32,000 bases of DNA from NCBI RefSeq assembly GCF_000341395.1, contig NC_020304.1, positions 182,011-214,010 of the forward strand, read 5' to 3'. The notes beneath the pieces are model-generated. The model was not told where the DNA came from. It was given only the letters and a program-made list of their open reading frames with translations, and made no database searches. The position numbers and the translations under genes were made by a program. This stretch comes from Desulfocapsa sulfexigens DSM 10523. Its GTDB lineage: Bacteria > Desulfobacterota > Desulfobulbia > Desulfobulbales > Desulfocapsaceae. Positions 1 through 10,261 of this stretch are shown in pieces; the first letter of the stretch is position 1; the number at the start of each line of letters is the position of its first letter.

Positions 1-78
1 TGGTGTAAGATCTGCCTGCTCCTCAATGGCAATCCGTACAAACTCGATATCGGCAATTTTTTGTATGAGCTTTTTCAT
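1..78 (-). CDS. possible N-terminus of a divergently transcribed gene, truncated by window edge
   Basis: Minus-strand frame from the ATG at 78..76 stays open to the window edge: MKKLIQKIADIEFVRIAIEEQADLTP. Codon usage looks coding-like but no domain is recognisable. Confidence 0.35.
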   Translation of the reverse strand, partial: MKKLIQKIADIEFVRIAIEEQADLTP

Positions 79-120
79 GATTTTCCATACTCACATCTTC
101 CACAAGAGCATGACTCTGAT

Positions 121-837
121 ATGACCACTCTATCTGATCCATGGTCTTTTTTCGATCAAATCTATTGTATCTCAATAGATACCCGGTATGACCGAAGAAC
201 AGAAGCCAAAAATCACTTTTCCGAGGCGGGTCTCCTGGATCGGGTGGAATTTATTCTGGTCACAAAACATCCGAACAACCCGGAAAAAGGCATTTTTGAA
301 TCTCATATGAACTGCCTAAAAAAAGGCCTGGAGGCAGGAGCCAAAAATATACTGGTCTTTGAAGACGATGTCTTCTTTCAAAACTATCATCCGGAAAAGC
401 TCACTGATGCCGTACGTTTTTTAAAAAACAAGAAGAACTGGAACGGCTTTTTTCTTGGTGCAATCATCGGTAAAATAATGCAGACGGAGGTGCAATCCGT
501 GGTAAAAATTCAGTATAGTTGCCTCGCCCATGCCTATGCACTTAACCGTTCCTTTGCAAGAGAATTTGTTCAGGAACCATGGAACAACCTCCCCTATGAC
601 AATCTGTTAAAAAAAAGGGGCAAAGAGTTTTATGCACTTTCGCCCATGATAGCATTCCAGGGCAGGGCCAGCAGTGACAACAAAACTGTTTTTCTGGATA
701 GAATGCGCCGCGCTTTTGGCGGCCTGCCTTTTATTCAACGGGTCAGTGAATTCTACCAATATCATAAGCGTATCCTTGTCTACAGCCATGTTATTCTAGC
801 ATTTCTACTCCTCACCCTGCTTGGCATCCTTCTCTAG
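121..837 (+). CDS. glycosyltransferase family 25 (LPS biosynthesis)-like protein with C-terminal hydrophobic segment
   Basis: ORF listed from TTG at 61; an internal ATG at 121 (MTTLSDPWSFFDQIYCISIDTRYDRR) is a more natural start. GT25-like features: IYCISIDTRYDRR, ESHMNCLKKGLEAGAKNILVFEDDV. C-terminus VILAFLLLTLLGILL is hydrophobic. Confidence 0.72.
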   Translation: MTTLSDPWSFFDQIYCISIDTRYDRRTEAKNHFSEAGLLDRVEFILVTKHPNNPEKGIFESHMNCLKKGLEAGAKNILVFEDDVFFQNYHPEKLTDAVRFLKNKKNWNGFFLGAIIGKIMQTEVQSVVKIQYSCLAHAYALNRSFAREFVQEPWNNLPYDNLLKKRGKEFYALSPMIAFQGRASSDNKTVFLDRMRRAFGGLPFIQRVSEFYQYHKRILVYSHVILAFLLLTLLGILL

Positions 838-981
838 ACACCTGCCCGAATTGCTACAACTCTCTTAAAATCTCCTGATACTCTGAACAAAATATGTTTT
901 TAAATACAGGGGAAACTGGTATAAAATAAATCGCTGGAGAGAGTAATATCATTAAGGTTTGAGTCTTTTCTCAGGGGCACC

Positions 982-3054
982 ATGCCAATCACATTAAATA
1001 GTAAAAAAACAGACATTCTCCTCATGATACTCCTCGTCACTATTCTGTCTGTTTTTATTGTTTTCTGGGAAAGGCAGATTTTAGTCCAAGATCGGAACAA
1101 TCTAAAGGATAATGCCCAGGTTATTGCAAGTTCTTTATGGAATTTGGATTCCTCTGAGCCCAGAGCCTACCTCGAACTTGCAGCAAAACTCCAAAATCTT
1201 GAGCATATTGCCGTTTTTACTGCCTTCAACGAAGTCTTCGTAGAGATGAGCGGCCCAAAACCCGGTTTTATGGATATAGCCCTGGAATCCACTGGCCTGA
1301 TTCCAAAAATCAAGCTGGAAAGCAAAGTGTTATACCGGGGTAACGTGATCGGGCGAATTGAGGCGGTCCATCGCCATAGCACCATCTATCTCTACTTCAA
1401 CATTTTCATTATGATGGGGCTCGTGCTTTTAGCCTCACGACTGTACCTGCGTGTTATGGAGGCTAGAAAGGCCCTTGAACTCAGAGTGGAAGAAAGGACG
1501 TCTGATCTGGTCTCGGCAAAAAAGGCTCTTGCAGAAGAAAAGGAGCAATTGTCAGTCACCCTGCGCAGTATCGGTGATGGGGTCATTACTACAGACATAA
1601 ACGGCACTATTGTTTTGATCAATAAGGTTGCCGAGGAATTCACCGGCTGGAGCCATGAAGAGGCTACCGGGAAACCATTGAGCGAGATTTTTCATATCAT
1701 AAACGAAGAAACCAGAAAACAATGTGACAACCCGGCAGACAAAGTATTGAAAAGTGGGGGGAACATAACTCTTGCCAATCATACCGTTCTAATATCAAGG
1801 GATGGTTCAGAGCGCAGCATTGCTGACAGTGGGGCACCCATCAGAAATCAGCACAGTGAAATTATAGGTGTTGTTCTTGTCTTTCGCGATGTAACCGAAA
1901 AATTAAAAAGTGAGCAGGAACTGGCAAATATCGAAAAACTTAAGTCTGTGGGCTTGCTGGCGGGTGGCATTGCTCACGATTTTAACAATATTCTGGTTGC
2001 CATCCTTGGAAATATCAATCTGGCCCTGCAACACACAAAAATTGACAATGAGGCTCATTCCCTGTTGCAAAAGGCTGAAAAGGCCTCACTTCGGGCCAGA
2101 GATCTCACCCAGCAACTGCTGACCTTTGCAAAAGGCGGAGAGCCGGTCAAAGAGCTGTCATTAATTCAGGAAGTCATCGAGGAATCGTCAAGCTTTGTCT
2201 TACGGGGAAGTAATGTCCGCTGTGAGTACACATGGGATACGGATTTATATGCTGTTAACGTTGACCAGGGACAGATTTCACAAGTTATTCAGAATGTGGT
2301 CATTAACGCTAATCAAGCCATGCCTGAAGGGGGAATTATTCACGTTAGGGGTGTTAACGTCAGTCATGATGAGGCTTTGAACCTGGACCTGCCTCCTCAG
2401 GAGTATATCAAAATAACCATTGCTGATAACGGTCCCGGTATAAAAAAAGATCAACTGGATAAAATATTTGACCCCTATTTCACCACAAAAAAAACAGGGA
2501 GTGGATTAGGCCTTGCTGTCAGCCACTCTATCATCGTCAAGCATGAAGGACGTATGATAGCAGAATCTGAGCCGGACAAAGGAAGCACCTTTACAATCTA
2601 CCTTCCGGCAGAGAAAATTCACATTCCACATCCAGTTCCTGCAACTCCAATAAAAGATCAAAAAAAGTTGAATGGTCATGGTCAAATCCGAATAATGATT
2701 ATGGATGATGACGAGATGGTGCAATTAGTATCAAAAGATATGTTAAACCACCTCGGTTATGACGTAGTACTGGCCAATCATGGTGAGGAAGCCATCGCCC
2801 TTTTTGAAGAAAGTATGGAAAACAACGCCCCCATTGACCTGATCATTATGGATTTAACAATTCCAGGGGCTATGGGAGGACAGGAGGCGGTTGGAAAAAT
2901 TCATGCTATCGATCCTCATGCTAAGGTCATCGTCTCCAGTGGCTATTCCAATGACCCTATCATGACTAACTATAAAGCGTATGGGTTTCTGGCCACTGTT
3001 ACAAAACCCTTCCAGCTTCAGGATCTGAAGAATGTGGTGCGCCGCCTTCTATAG
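982..3054 (+). CDS. hybrid sensor histidine kinase: N-terminal membrane sensor, PAS domain, HisKA/HATPase, C-terminal receiver
   Basis: Two TM segments; PAS region (LRSIGDGVITTDINGTIVLINKVAEEFTGWS); H-box GGIAHDFNN; N/G boxes (VINANQAMPEGG, IADNGPGI, GSGLGLAVSHSI); receiver DLIIMDLTIPGAMGG with KPF near the end. Confidence 0.93.
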   Translation: MPITLNSKKTDILLMILLVTILSVFIVFWERQILVQDRNNLKDNAQVIASSLWNLDSSEPRAYLELAAKLQNLEHIAVFTAFNEVFVEMSGPKPGFMDIALESTGLIPKIKLESKVLYRGNVIGRIEAVHRHSTIYLYFNIFIMMGLVLLASRLYLRVMEARKALELRVEERTSDLVSAKKALAEEKEQLSVTLRSIGDGVITTDINGTIVLINKVAEEFTGWSHEEATGKPLSEIFHIINEETRKQCDNPADKVLKSGGNITLANHTVLISRDGSERSIADSGAPIRNQHSEIIGVVLVFRDVTEKLKSEQELANIEKLKSVGLLAGGIAHDFNNILVAILGNINLALQHTKIDNEAHSLLQKAEKASLRARDLTQQLLTFAKGGEPVKELSLIQEVIEESSSFVLRGSNVRCEYTWDTDLYAVNVDQGQISQVIQNVVINANQAMPEGGIIHVRGVNVSHDEALNLDLPPQEYIKITIADNGPGIKKDQLDKIFDPYFTTKKTGSGLGLAVSHSIIVKHEGRMIAESEPDKGSTFTIYLPAEKIHIPHPVPATPIKDQKKLNGHGQIRIMIMDDDEMVQLVSKDMLNHLGYDVVLANHGEEAIALFEESMENNAPIDLIIMDLTIPGAMGGQEAVGKIHAIDPHAKVIVSSGYSNDPIMTNYKAYGFLATVTKPFQLQDLKNVVRRLL

Positions 3055-3118
3055 GATATTGTTCGTTTTCATTTCAGGCAGTTCTGCCTACTCTCTGCAT
3101 TCCCGGGAAGAGTAACTG

Positions 3119-3841
3119 CTAAAACTTCACATCATCATGATGTTTGTTGTATTTCTCTGCCAGATCCATACGTTGCCGAGAAAAAAACGCATAATATGGT
3201 ATAGCTGGAACAGGGGCATCCAGGACATCTATGCTGTCTCCAAGACCTAATTTCTTAATTGACTCCATAATTCCTGTTCGCCCTGGATAAATAAAACCAT
3301 CAAGCTCTCCGTCAGCTAACTTTGACAGGGAAAAATTGACTAAATCCCTATCCTTGATCATGGCCAGACGTAACTGCGGAAATTCCTTTGCAATATTGTG
3401 AGCAAGTCTGTGCCCGTGTATAACCCCTATTTTCGCCAAAGGCTCCAGGTCAGCCCATGTTTCAATTTTTTGAATATTGACGTCCTTTCTCAGGCAAACA
3501 ACGGGTTTTTTCAAGAAAATAGGTTTCGCTGGGAAGATCCCAATCATTTCCCGTTCTGTATTTTTTGATGCGACAGATATGGCATCTATATTATGATTTT
3601 TTATATACATAATGAGTCTGGCCGGGGGAATTGGTCCAATCCATTTTATGGAGACACCCATCCGTTTAGCTATTTTTTGCCAATATTCAACCAATGCTCC
3701 GGTCGGCTTCCCAGAATCCTCATTCATTTCTATCAAGCCACTCAACTGACTAAACCCCACTTTCATCTCTTCTGCCAACAGGGGTGATTGGAACAGAACA
3801 AGACAAAGCAGTGAGAAGAAAAAAGTGTGTATTTTTTTCAT
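3119..3841 (-). CDS. periplasmic substrate-binding protein, SBP family 3-like
   Basis: Signal peptide MKKIHTFFFSLLCLVLFQSPLLAEE, then a periplasmic binding fold pattern (VGFSQLSGLIEMNEDSGKPTGALVEYWQKIAKRMG ... DLEPLAKIGVIHGHR ... LADGELDGFIYPG). Confidence 0.75.
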   Translation of the reverse strand: MKKIHTFFFSLLCLVLFQSPLLAEEMKVGFSQLSGLIEMNEDSGKPTGALVEYWQKIAKRMGVSIKWIGPIPPARLIMYIKNHNIDAISVASKNTEREMIGIFPAKPIFLKKPVVCLRKDVNIQKIETWADLEPLAKIGVIHGHRLAHNIAKEFPQLRLAMIKDRDLVNFSLSKLADGELDGFIYPGRTGIMESIKKLGLGDSIDVLDAPVPAIPYYAFFSRQRMDLAEKYNKHHDDVKF

Positions 3842-4316
3842 AGTAAGAACCAGTACTGTTTTATAAACTCAGAAACTTGAGTTGTTAATGAATAGCCTCT
3901 ATTTGATACTTTCTGACACCCCATATTTTCCCTGGCAAAGGGAAACAAATTCCAATACGTTGCAATGCTTTCTCGTTCATTTAATCACAAATCAACTGTT
4001 ATTGACAGAAATTCTCCAGGAAATTAAGCAGTAGATACTCATCACAGGACAAGACAAAATCCAGGTAACCTGACTCTGCTTTACCCTTTTTTAATACCTA
4101 TCACCGATAACGAAAGCAGCATCACTTCCATAATTTCTATTGATTTTTTTTACTACAACGTAGGAAAGTGCAAAAATTCCTCGTCAAAATTTCACTGTTC
4201 ATGGTAGCTTGAAGCATTTAAATTTACAGGAAACTTCAATATAATAGAGTAATAATATTTACAGATAACCCCTCCTCTCAAAGCACACTCCGGAATACCG
4301 GATACAACAGGTAAAA

Positions 4317-7300
4317 TTGTTTAACTATCGTCTCCTCACAGTTGTTTTCATTATGATATTCGGTGTTACCGTGACAGCCTTCCTGCGTCTGGATATCGAT
4401 ACGGATATCGTACGCTCTCTGCCATCCGGGCAAACGGTTATCAGCGATGCTCTGGAGATTTTCACCAGTCATCCCATTCATGACCAGATTGCCATTGATA
4501 TCAGTGTAGAAAGCGACAACAGAGATATCCTTGTTGACTGTGGCAAATACATAGAGGAGGGGCTCCGATCAAGCAATCTCTTTGCTGAAGTGGGAACCGA
4601 CGCAATCACGACTCTTATTCCTGAGCTTGCCCTCCATGTAGCTGGCAATCTGCCCATCCTCTTTTCTTCACAGGAACTGGAGCAAATGATAGCTCCCCGA
4701 CTTGAAAAAAGATTTATTGGACAACGCTTTGAAGATATCCTCCTCAAACTGAGTAGTCTTGAAGGTATAGGACAGAGTCAGTTATTACAATCCGATCCTC
4801 TGGGCTTTATGGAACCGATAATGGCGAAGATGGCAATGCTCACGCCACTCCCAGGTACCTCGATATACAAGGGCTTTGTATTTTCCCCGGACAGGCGTCA
4901 TCTTCTGGTAACAGCACGTCCGGGCAGTGCCGGGAGTAACACGGCCTCGGCCAGACAGATTGCAGAGCTTCTGGATGATCTCAGCACAGGGCTGACTAAT
5001 AAATACAGTTCCAGTGGTATTACACCAATCCTCACTCCCGTAGGAGCATACCGGGCAGCGCTGGACAACGAATCTATCATCCGCCATGATGTGAACCTGG
5101 CCCTGGCTCTCTCGATGGCGGGTATCGGACTGTTGCTCTTTGTTGCCTTTCCCCGTCCCCTGCTGGGCCTTTTCTCCCTGCTGCCAGCCCTTGCCGGAAC
5201 AGCGTCAGCCCTGTGTATTTTTTCATTGTTTCATCAATCAATCTCCATCATGGTACTCGGTTTTGGAGGGGCTATTATTTCCATCACCGTGGATCATGGT
5301 ATTGCCTATCTGCTCTTTCTTGACCGTCCTCAAGAAACAAAAGGAAAAGAGGCATCGAGCGAAGTTCGGGCAATCGGGATACTGGCGGTTCTCACCACAT
5401 GTGGAGCTTTTCTCACCCTCAGTTTCAGCGGCTTTCCAATCTTCGTCCAGCTTGGGCAATTCACGGCCATGGGGGTACTCCTCTCCTTTCTTTTCGTCCA
5501 TTTTATCTTCCCCCGCATAACCCCTTCCATGGCTGCAGCCAGCAGACAGAATCTTCCTCTACGGCGATTTGTCGATACGCTGTACAGCACTGGACGCCCC
5601 GGAGCAATTGCTGCAACCCTTCTCGCGGCCTCACTACTCTTTTTTGCACGCCCCGACTTCAATGTAAGCCTTGAAAGCATGAACACCGTAAGCAGCGAAA
5701 CCCGTGCGGCAGACAGTCTTTTCTCCATGGTATGGGGGGATATGGGCACAAAAGTTGTACTTATGACCAGAGGAGAGGCCGCAGAAATCCAACGGAAAAA
5801 CGATAGAATTCTAATGCAGATTGAGTCGAACATGGCATCTGGAACAATCAGCTCCGCCTTTGTCCCATCCATGATCTTTCCAGGGCCGGAACTTGCCGCT
5901 CGTAATTTTGATGCCTGGAAGAAATTCTGGACGAAGGAGCGCCATGAAAATCTGCAGGAGAGTTTGAGCTCAAATGGCAAGTCTCTTGGCTTTGCAGAGG
6001 ATGCTTTTGCTCACTTTCTCCGCCTTACTGGGAATCCGCAAAAAATTTCCAGCACAGAGATTCCTCAAAAATTTTACAAGCTCCTGGGGCTCTCAAAGAA
6101 GGATAGCCAGCTGACCCAGTTTATTACCATCACTCCCGGGACAAACTATAACAGTGACGATTTTTACAGCCTCTATGGCCGGGAAGGTAAACTCTTTGAC
6201 GGTCCCTACTTCTCTGAACAACTGGCAAAAATTCTCTTTCACAGCTTTACCACAATGCTTGCAATCATAGCCATCAGCATTGTGGTTCTACTCCTCTTCT
6301 TCTTTGCCAGCTGGCAGCTGACACTTATCACGCTTATCCCTCCGCTTTTTTCCTATATCTGCACTCTCGGTACCATGAAACTGATCGGCCATTCCCTCGA
6401 CATTCCAGGGCTGATGCTTTCCATCGTTATTCTTGGCATGGGGATAGACTATTCAATTTTCTTTGTCCGGGCCCATCAGCGCTACCGCGTTCCAGATCAT
6501 CCATCATTCAGTCTTGTGCGCATGGCCGTTTTTATGGCAGGTGCATCCACTGTGATCGGATTCGGGGTTCTCTGTCTCGCTGAACATTCACTCCTTCGAT
6601 CCATCGGGGTCACATCACTCCTGGGCATCGGCTACTCACTCCTTGGTGCATTCCTCCTGCTGCCACCTCTCCTTCAATTCTATTTTTCAAAGCAGAAAGG
6701 AAGCAGTCCTCCCGAGCTGTCTCTTAGTAAACGGGTACGAAACAGATACCGCCTGATGGAGGCTTATCCTCGGATGTTTGCCCGCTTCAAGCTGCAGTCA
6801 GACCCGATGTTTACAGACCTGCCGCAACTCCTTGCAGCTGATCGTGACAGCGTAAAAACCATTCTTGATATAGGCTGTGGATACGGTGTTCCCGGCTGCT
6901 GGTGTCTGGAATATTTCCCGGAGTCCAGAGTTTTCGGTCTTGATCCTGATGGTGAACGGGTCCGGGTGGCGGCACTCGCCATGGGAGAGCAGGGAGAGAT
7001 TTTAGAGGATATGGCACCGGATCTGCCCATCGTACCCAACCCGCCGGATCTGATTCTGCTGCTTGACATGCTTCACTATCTTGACGATAAAAGCATACTG
7101 ATACTTTTTCAAAAATGTTTCCAAATGCTTAATGACCAGGGCCTGCTCGTAACACGCTTTGTCATCAGACCGAATGGTGTCCCATCATGGTCATGGAAGC
7201 TCGAAGACCGTCGCGTCCGTTTTTCTGGAGGAGAGGCACATTACCGTACAGCACAGAGGATGGCTCATCTTCTGGAAAAAACAGGATTCAGGATAGAAAC

Positions 7301-7361
7301 AAAAAAAACAACAGAAACAAATGCAGAACTCATCTGGCTCATTGGCCGTACCCATAAATAA
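4317..7361 (+). CDS. MMPL/RND-superfamily exporter fused to a C-terminal class I SAM-dependent methyltransferase
   Basis: 1014 aa. The first ~790 aa have two RND-like TM blocks (GFGGAIISITVDHGIAYLLFLDR and VILGMGIDYSIFFVRAHQRYR). The C-terminal ~200 aa carry a SAM-binding motif I (ILDIGCGYGVPGCW), an acidic residue after beta2 (VFGLDPD) and motif LLLLDMLHYLDD. Confidence 0.85.
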   Translation: MFNYRLLTVVFIMIFGVTVTAFLRLDIDTDIVRSLPSGQTVISDALEIFTSHPIHDQIAIDISVESDNRDILVDCGKYIEEGLRSSNLFAEVGTDAITTLIPELALHVAGNLPILFSSQELEQMIAPRLEKRFIGQRFEDILLKLSSLEGIGQSQLLQSDPLGFMEPIMAKMAMLTPLPGTSIYKGFVFSPDRRHLLVTARPGSAGSNTASARQIAELLDDLSTGLTNKYSSSGITPILTPVGAYRAALDNESIIRHDVNLALALSMAGIGLLLFVAFPRPLLGLFSLLPALAGTASALCIFSLFHQSISIMVLGFGGAIISITVDHGIAYLLFLDRPQETKGKEASSEVRAIGILAVLTTCGAFLTLSFSGFPIFVQLGQFTAMGVLLSFLFVHFIFPRITPSMAAASRQNLPLRRFVDTLYSTGRPGAIAATLLAASLLFFARPDFNVSLESMNTVSSETRAADSLFSMVWGDMGTKVVLMTRGEAAEIQRKNDRILMQIESNMASGTISSAFVPSMIFPGPELAARNFDAWKKFWTKERHENLQESLSSNGKSLGFAEDAFAHFLRLTGNPQKISSTEIPQKFYKLLGLSKKDSQLTQFITITPGTNYNSDDFYSLYGREGKLFDGPYFSEQLAKILFHSFTTMLAIIAISIVVLLLFFFASWQLTLITLIPPLFSYICTLGTMKLIGHSLDIPGLMLSIVILGMGIDYSIFFVRAHQRYRVPDHPSFSLVRMAVFMAGASTVIGFGVLCLAEHSLLRSIGVTSLLGIGYSLLGAFLLLPPLLQFYFSKQKGSSPPELSLSKRVRNRYRLMEAYPRMFARFKLQSDPMFTDLPQLLAADRDSVKTILDIGCGYGVPGCWCLEYFPESRVFGLDPDGERVRVAALAMGEQGEILEDMAPDLPIVPNPPDLILLLDMLHYLDDKSILILFQKCFQMLNDQGLLVTRFVIRPNGVPSWSWKLEDRRVRFSGGEAHYRTAQRMAHLLEKTGFRIETKKTTETNAELIWLIGRTHK

Positions 7362-7362
7362 A

Positions 7363-9369
7363 ATGACAGAGATAAAAAGAACTATTTGCCCACTCGACTG
7401 CCCGGACAGTTGCGGAATTGACGCTACGGTTAAAAACGGAAGGATCGTTAAGCTTAACGGCGCCAAGGATCATCCGATCACTGCCGGTTTTATCTGTCGT
7501 AAGATGCAGCGCTATCACCACCGGATCCACTCCGAACAACGGATTCTCTACCCTCAGAAAAGAATCGGCCAGAAGGGCAAAGGACAGTTTACAAGAATCA
7601 GCTGGGAGGAGGCCTGGGAGATTCTGGTCAACCGACTGACGGCAATACAAAGCGAATATGGCGGAGAGGCATTACTGCCTTATTCCTACGCCGGGAATAT
7701 GGGGCTGATTAACCGCTGGGCAGGATATCCGTTTTTTCACCGCTTTGGCGCCTCTCAACTGGATCACACAATCTGTTCCGCTGCAGCAGAAGCCGGATGG
7801 AACAGACACTGCGACGGCATCTCGGGAAGCCCTCCGGAAACAGTCGTAGATGCCGACCTGGTGATTATCTGGGGAATAAATCTCAAGGTCACCAATGTCC
7901 ACTGCTGGCCATTTATCCAGAAGGCCCTTCGCAGGGGAGCAAAACTTGTCGTCGTCGATCCCTACAGAACCGCCACCGCCCACGCTGCAGATTACTATTT
8001 CCCTGTAACACCTGGGGGTGACACGGCCCTGGCTCTTGGTGCTGTAAAACAGCTCCTTGAAAACAATGGAATTGATTCCAGTTTTATCCAATCGGAAACT
8101 GAAAATTTCCATGATCTTGTGGCCTACCTCAATACGATCTCATGGGAGACTATCTGCGACCAATCGGGACTTGACCGCGATACAATAGGACAATTCGCAA
8201 ATTTGATCCAGGCGCACCCCAAAACATTCATCCGTATAGGGATAGGCCTAACGCGTAACAGCAGAGGTGCCATGTCCGTACAGGGGATAACCTGTCTTGC
8301 GGCGGTAAGGGGCCTCTTTGACGGCTCACCGGGAAAGGGCGTTTTATTATTCAGTCGGGGGTTCAGGGGGGACTCGGCAAGACTCACCTACCCCTCCCTT
8401 GCACCATTGCCAACCCGTAAGATAAACATGGTCCAGCTGGGAGAAGCTTTAACGGTGCTGCAGCCACCTGTTAAGGCATTGATGGTCTACTCCAGTAATC
8501 CGCTGAGCGTCGCTCCGGACGCCTCAATGGTGCGAAGAGGCTTGTCCCGTTCCGATCTCTTTTGCATCGTCCATGAACAGGTTATGACACCCACCGCCCG
8601 ATATGCCGATCTGTTATTACCGGCAACAACTTCCTTTGAGAATAGTGATCTGTACGGATCCTATGGCCATTTCTACATGGGAAAAGTAGATCCTGTCCTA
8701 CCGCCACAGGGAGAATCCATCAGTAACTTTGACCTCTTTCAGTCCCTGGCCCGGAGGATGGGATACACCGATGCACCCTTCAGGCAAACAATTGATGAAC
8801 GTATCCTGGACTACCTCTCAACCATTGATGGTATCTCCGTCACCGACCCTGAAGCCGGTACCTGGATCCATTCCAGTTACGGAAAGTCAGGAGAATCACT
8901 GTTTGGCCGGGAGAAGAAAAAATTCCAGTTTGCACCACTCTCAGTCCTCAAGGAAAAGAATGTTGCACGATTATTAGCAGCAACGGAGGCTGAGGATCCC
9001 GATCTCAGATCACGCTACCCGTTTTTATTGATCACACCGCCTAATACGAATTTGCTGAACAGTACATTCGGAGAGCAATATCCCGGAGAAACCGGCACGG
9101 TTCTGATTCATCCCGATGATGCAGGAATACATGGTGTTAGCAACGGCAAGAAACTTACCCTCTCCAATGGACGCGGCGAAGTTACCAGAATCGCGGCAAT
9201 AAGCAGAGACACTCAGTCAGGACTGCTGGTCGCAGAGGGAATTTATTGGGAATCCGAAAGTGTAACGGGTGGAATTAATGATTTAACATCCCAGAAACTG
9301 ACGGATAGTGGCGGTGGTGGAATATTTCATGAATCCCGTGTTTCCCTCCGCACAGATACCAACACATGA
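7363..9369 (+). CDS. molybdopterin-dependent oxidoreductase (formate dehydrogenase/DMSO reductase superfamily) with N-terminal Fe-S motif
   Basis: Track start is 7321, but ATG at 7363 (MTEIKRTICPLDCPDSCG) begins the expected CxxxCxxxC...C motif and lies 1 nt after the upstream stop codon. Internal motifs DLVIIWGINL, LVVVDPYRTATAHAADYYFPVTPGGDTALALG, TAHAADYYFP and a C-terminal molybdopterin dinucleotide-binding region (LLITPPNTNLLNS ... LTLSNGRGEV). Confidence 0.9.
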   Translation: MTEIKRTICPLDCPDSCGIDATVKNGRIVKLNGAKDHPITAGFICRKMQRYHHRIHSEQRILYPQKRIGQKGKGQFTRISWEEAWEILVNRLTAIQSEYGGEALLPYSYAGNMGLINRWAGYPFFHRFGASQLDHTICSAAAEAGWNRHCDGISGSPPETVVDADLVIIWGINLKVTNVHCWPFIQKALRRGAKLVVVDPYRTATAHAADYYFPVTPGGDTALALGAVKQLLENNGIDSSFIQSETENFHDLVAYLNTISWETICDQSGLDRDTIGQFANLIQAHPKTFIRIGIGLTRNSRGAMSVQGITCLAAVRGLFDGSPGKGVLLFSRGFRGDSARLTYPSLAPLPTRKINMVQLGEALTVLQPPVKALMVYSSNPLSVAPDASMVRRGLSRSDLFCIVHEQVMTPTARYADLLLPATTSFENSDLYGSYGHFYMGKVDPVLPPQGESISNFDLFQSLARRMGYTDAPFRQTIDERILDYLSTIDGISVTDPEAGTWIHSSYGKSGESLFGREKKKFQFAPLSVLKEKNVARLLAATEAEDPDLRSRYPFLLITPPNTNLLNSTFGEQYPGETGTVLIHPDDAGIHGVSNGKKLTLSNGRGEVTRIAAISRDTQSGLLVAEGIYWESESVTGGINDLTSQKLTDSGGGGIFHESRVSLRTDTNT

Positions 9370-10199
9370 AAAAAACATCCAACAGGTTCCTGTTCTCCCA
9401 GGCGGATAAACTGGCGCTACTTGCCTTTCTTATCACAATTCCACTCCTTGCAATGGGAAGTGCACTAGCCCCAACACCTCTTATTCTCTACCTCCTGCTC
9501 TGTGTATCTGCCCCATTTTTCCCGCAATGGGGTTTTTTTCTTCCTATAATAAGCAGGAGTATCAGCGGAAGCAGAGCGGTTGCCCTCACCTTCGACGATG
9601 GCCCCTCACCGGTAACCACTCCAATCATTTTAGATTTACTAAAAGAATATGACTTCAAGGCCACCTTTTTTGTAATTGGAAAAAAGGCCGAGAGATATCC
9701 AGAGCAGATAAAAGCTATTCTTGCAGCAGGTCACACCATTGGAAACCACTCATGGCAGCATGACAATCTGCTGATGCTGAGAACAAAAAAACGACTGGGA
9801 GAGGATATCAGGAAAACCCAGGAAATTCTAAAAACCTATGGCATCCACCCTCTGCTCTTCAGACCGCCTGCAGGAGCCACAAATCCTCGACTCCAATCGG
9901 TACTGCTTACCGAAGGCCTCCAAACCGTCACCTTCAGCTGTCGTCCTTTCGATCGTGGAAACAGGAAAATCACCAATCTTGCCGAACGCATCAGCAGCAA
10001 ACTTAAACCCGGCGACATTATCCTTCTTCATGATCTTGAGCCGCAAAATGCTGAGCTGACAGACACCTGGGAAAAGGAACTCAATATCCTGTTTTCCTAT
10101 CTCAAAAAGAGCATTTATAAAGTAGAACCACTTGCAAAACTTATTCATTCGGAGGTAATGCTTGGCATTCCCCCTGCGAGTAGAAAGAGAAAAAAATAA
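9366..10199 (+). CDS. polysaccharide deacetylase (NodB homology domain) family protein
   Basis: ATGA overlap with the upstream ORF; motifs VALTFDDGPSPVTTPIILDLLKEYDFKATFFVIGKKAE, IGNHSWQHDNLL, LFRPPAGATN, GDIILLHDLE. Confidence 0.93.
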   Translation: MKKTSNRFLFSQADKLALLAFLITIPLLAMGSALAPTPLILYLLLCVSAPFFPQWGFFLPIISRSISGSRAVALTFDDGPSPVTTPIILDLLKEYDFKATFFVIGKKAERYPEQIKAILAAGHTIGNHSWQHDNLLMLRTKKRLGEDIRKTQEILKTYGIHPLLFRPPAGATNPRLQSVLLTEGLQTVTFSCRPFDRGNRKITNLAERISSKLKPGDIILLHDLEPQNAELTDTWEKELNILFSYLKKSIYKVEPLAKLIHSEVMLGIPPASRKRKK

Positions 10200-10261
10200 G
10201 GACCAGGAAGGAGAAAGGACTGTTTTTTTAGCAGACAAGCATCAAACCAATTATAACTGCC

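Noticed and set aside
5330-5980. 216-aa minus-strand ORF inside the MMPL gene
   Set aside because: Antisense to a strongly supported CDS, Arg/Ser-rich translation, no recognisable domain.
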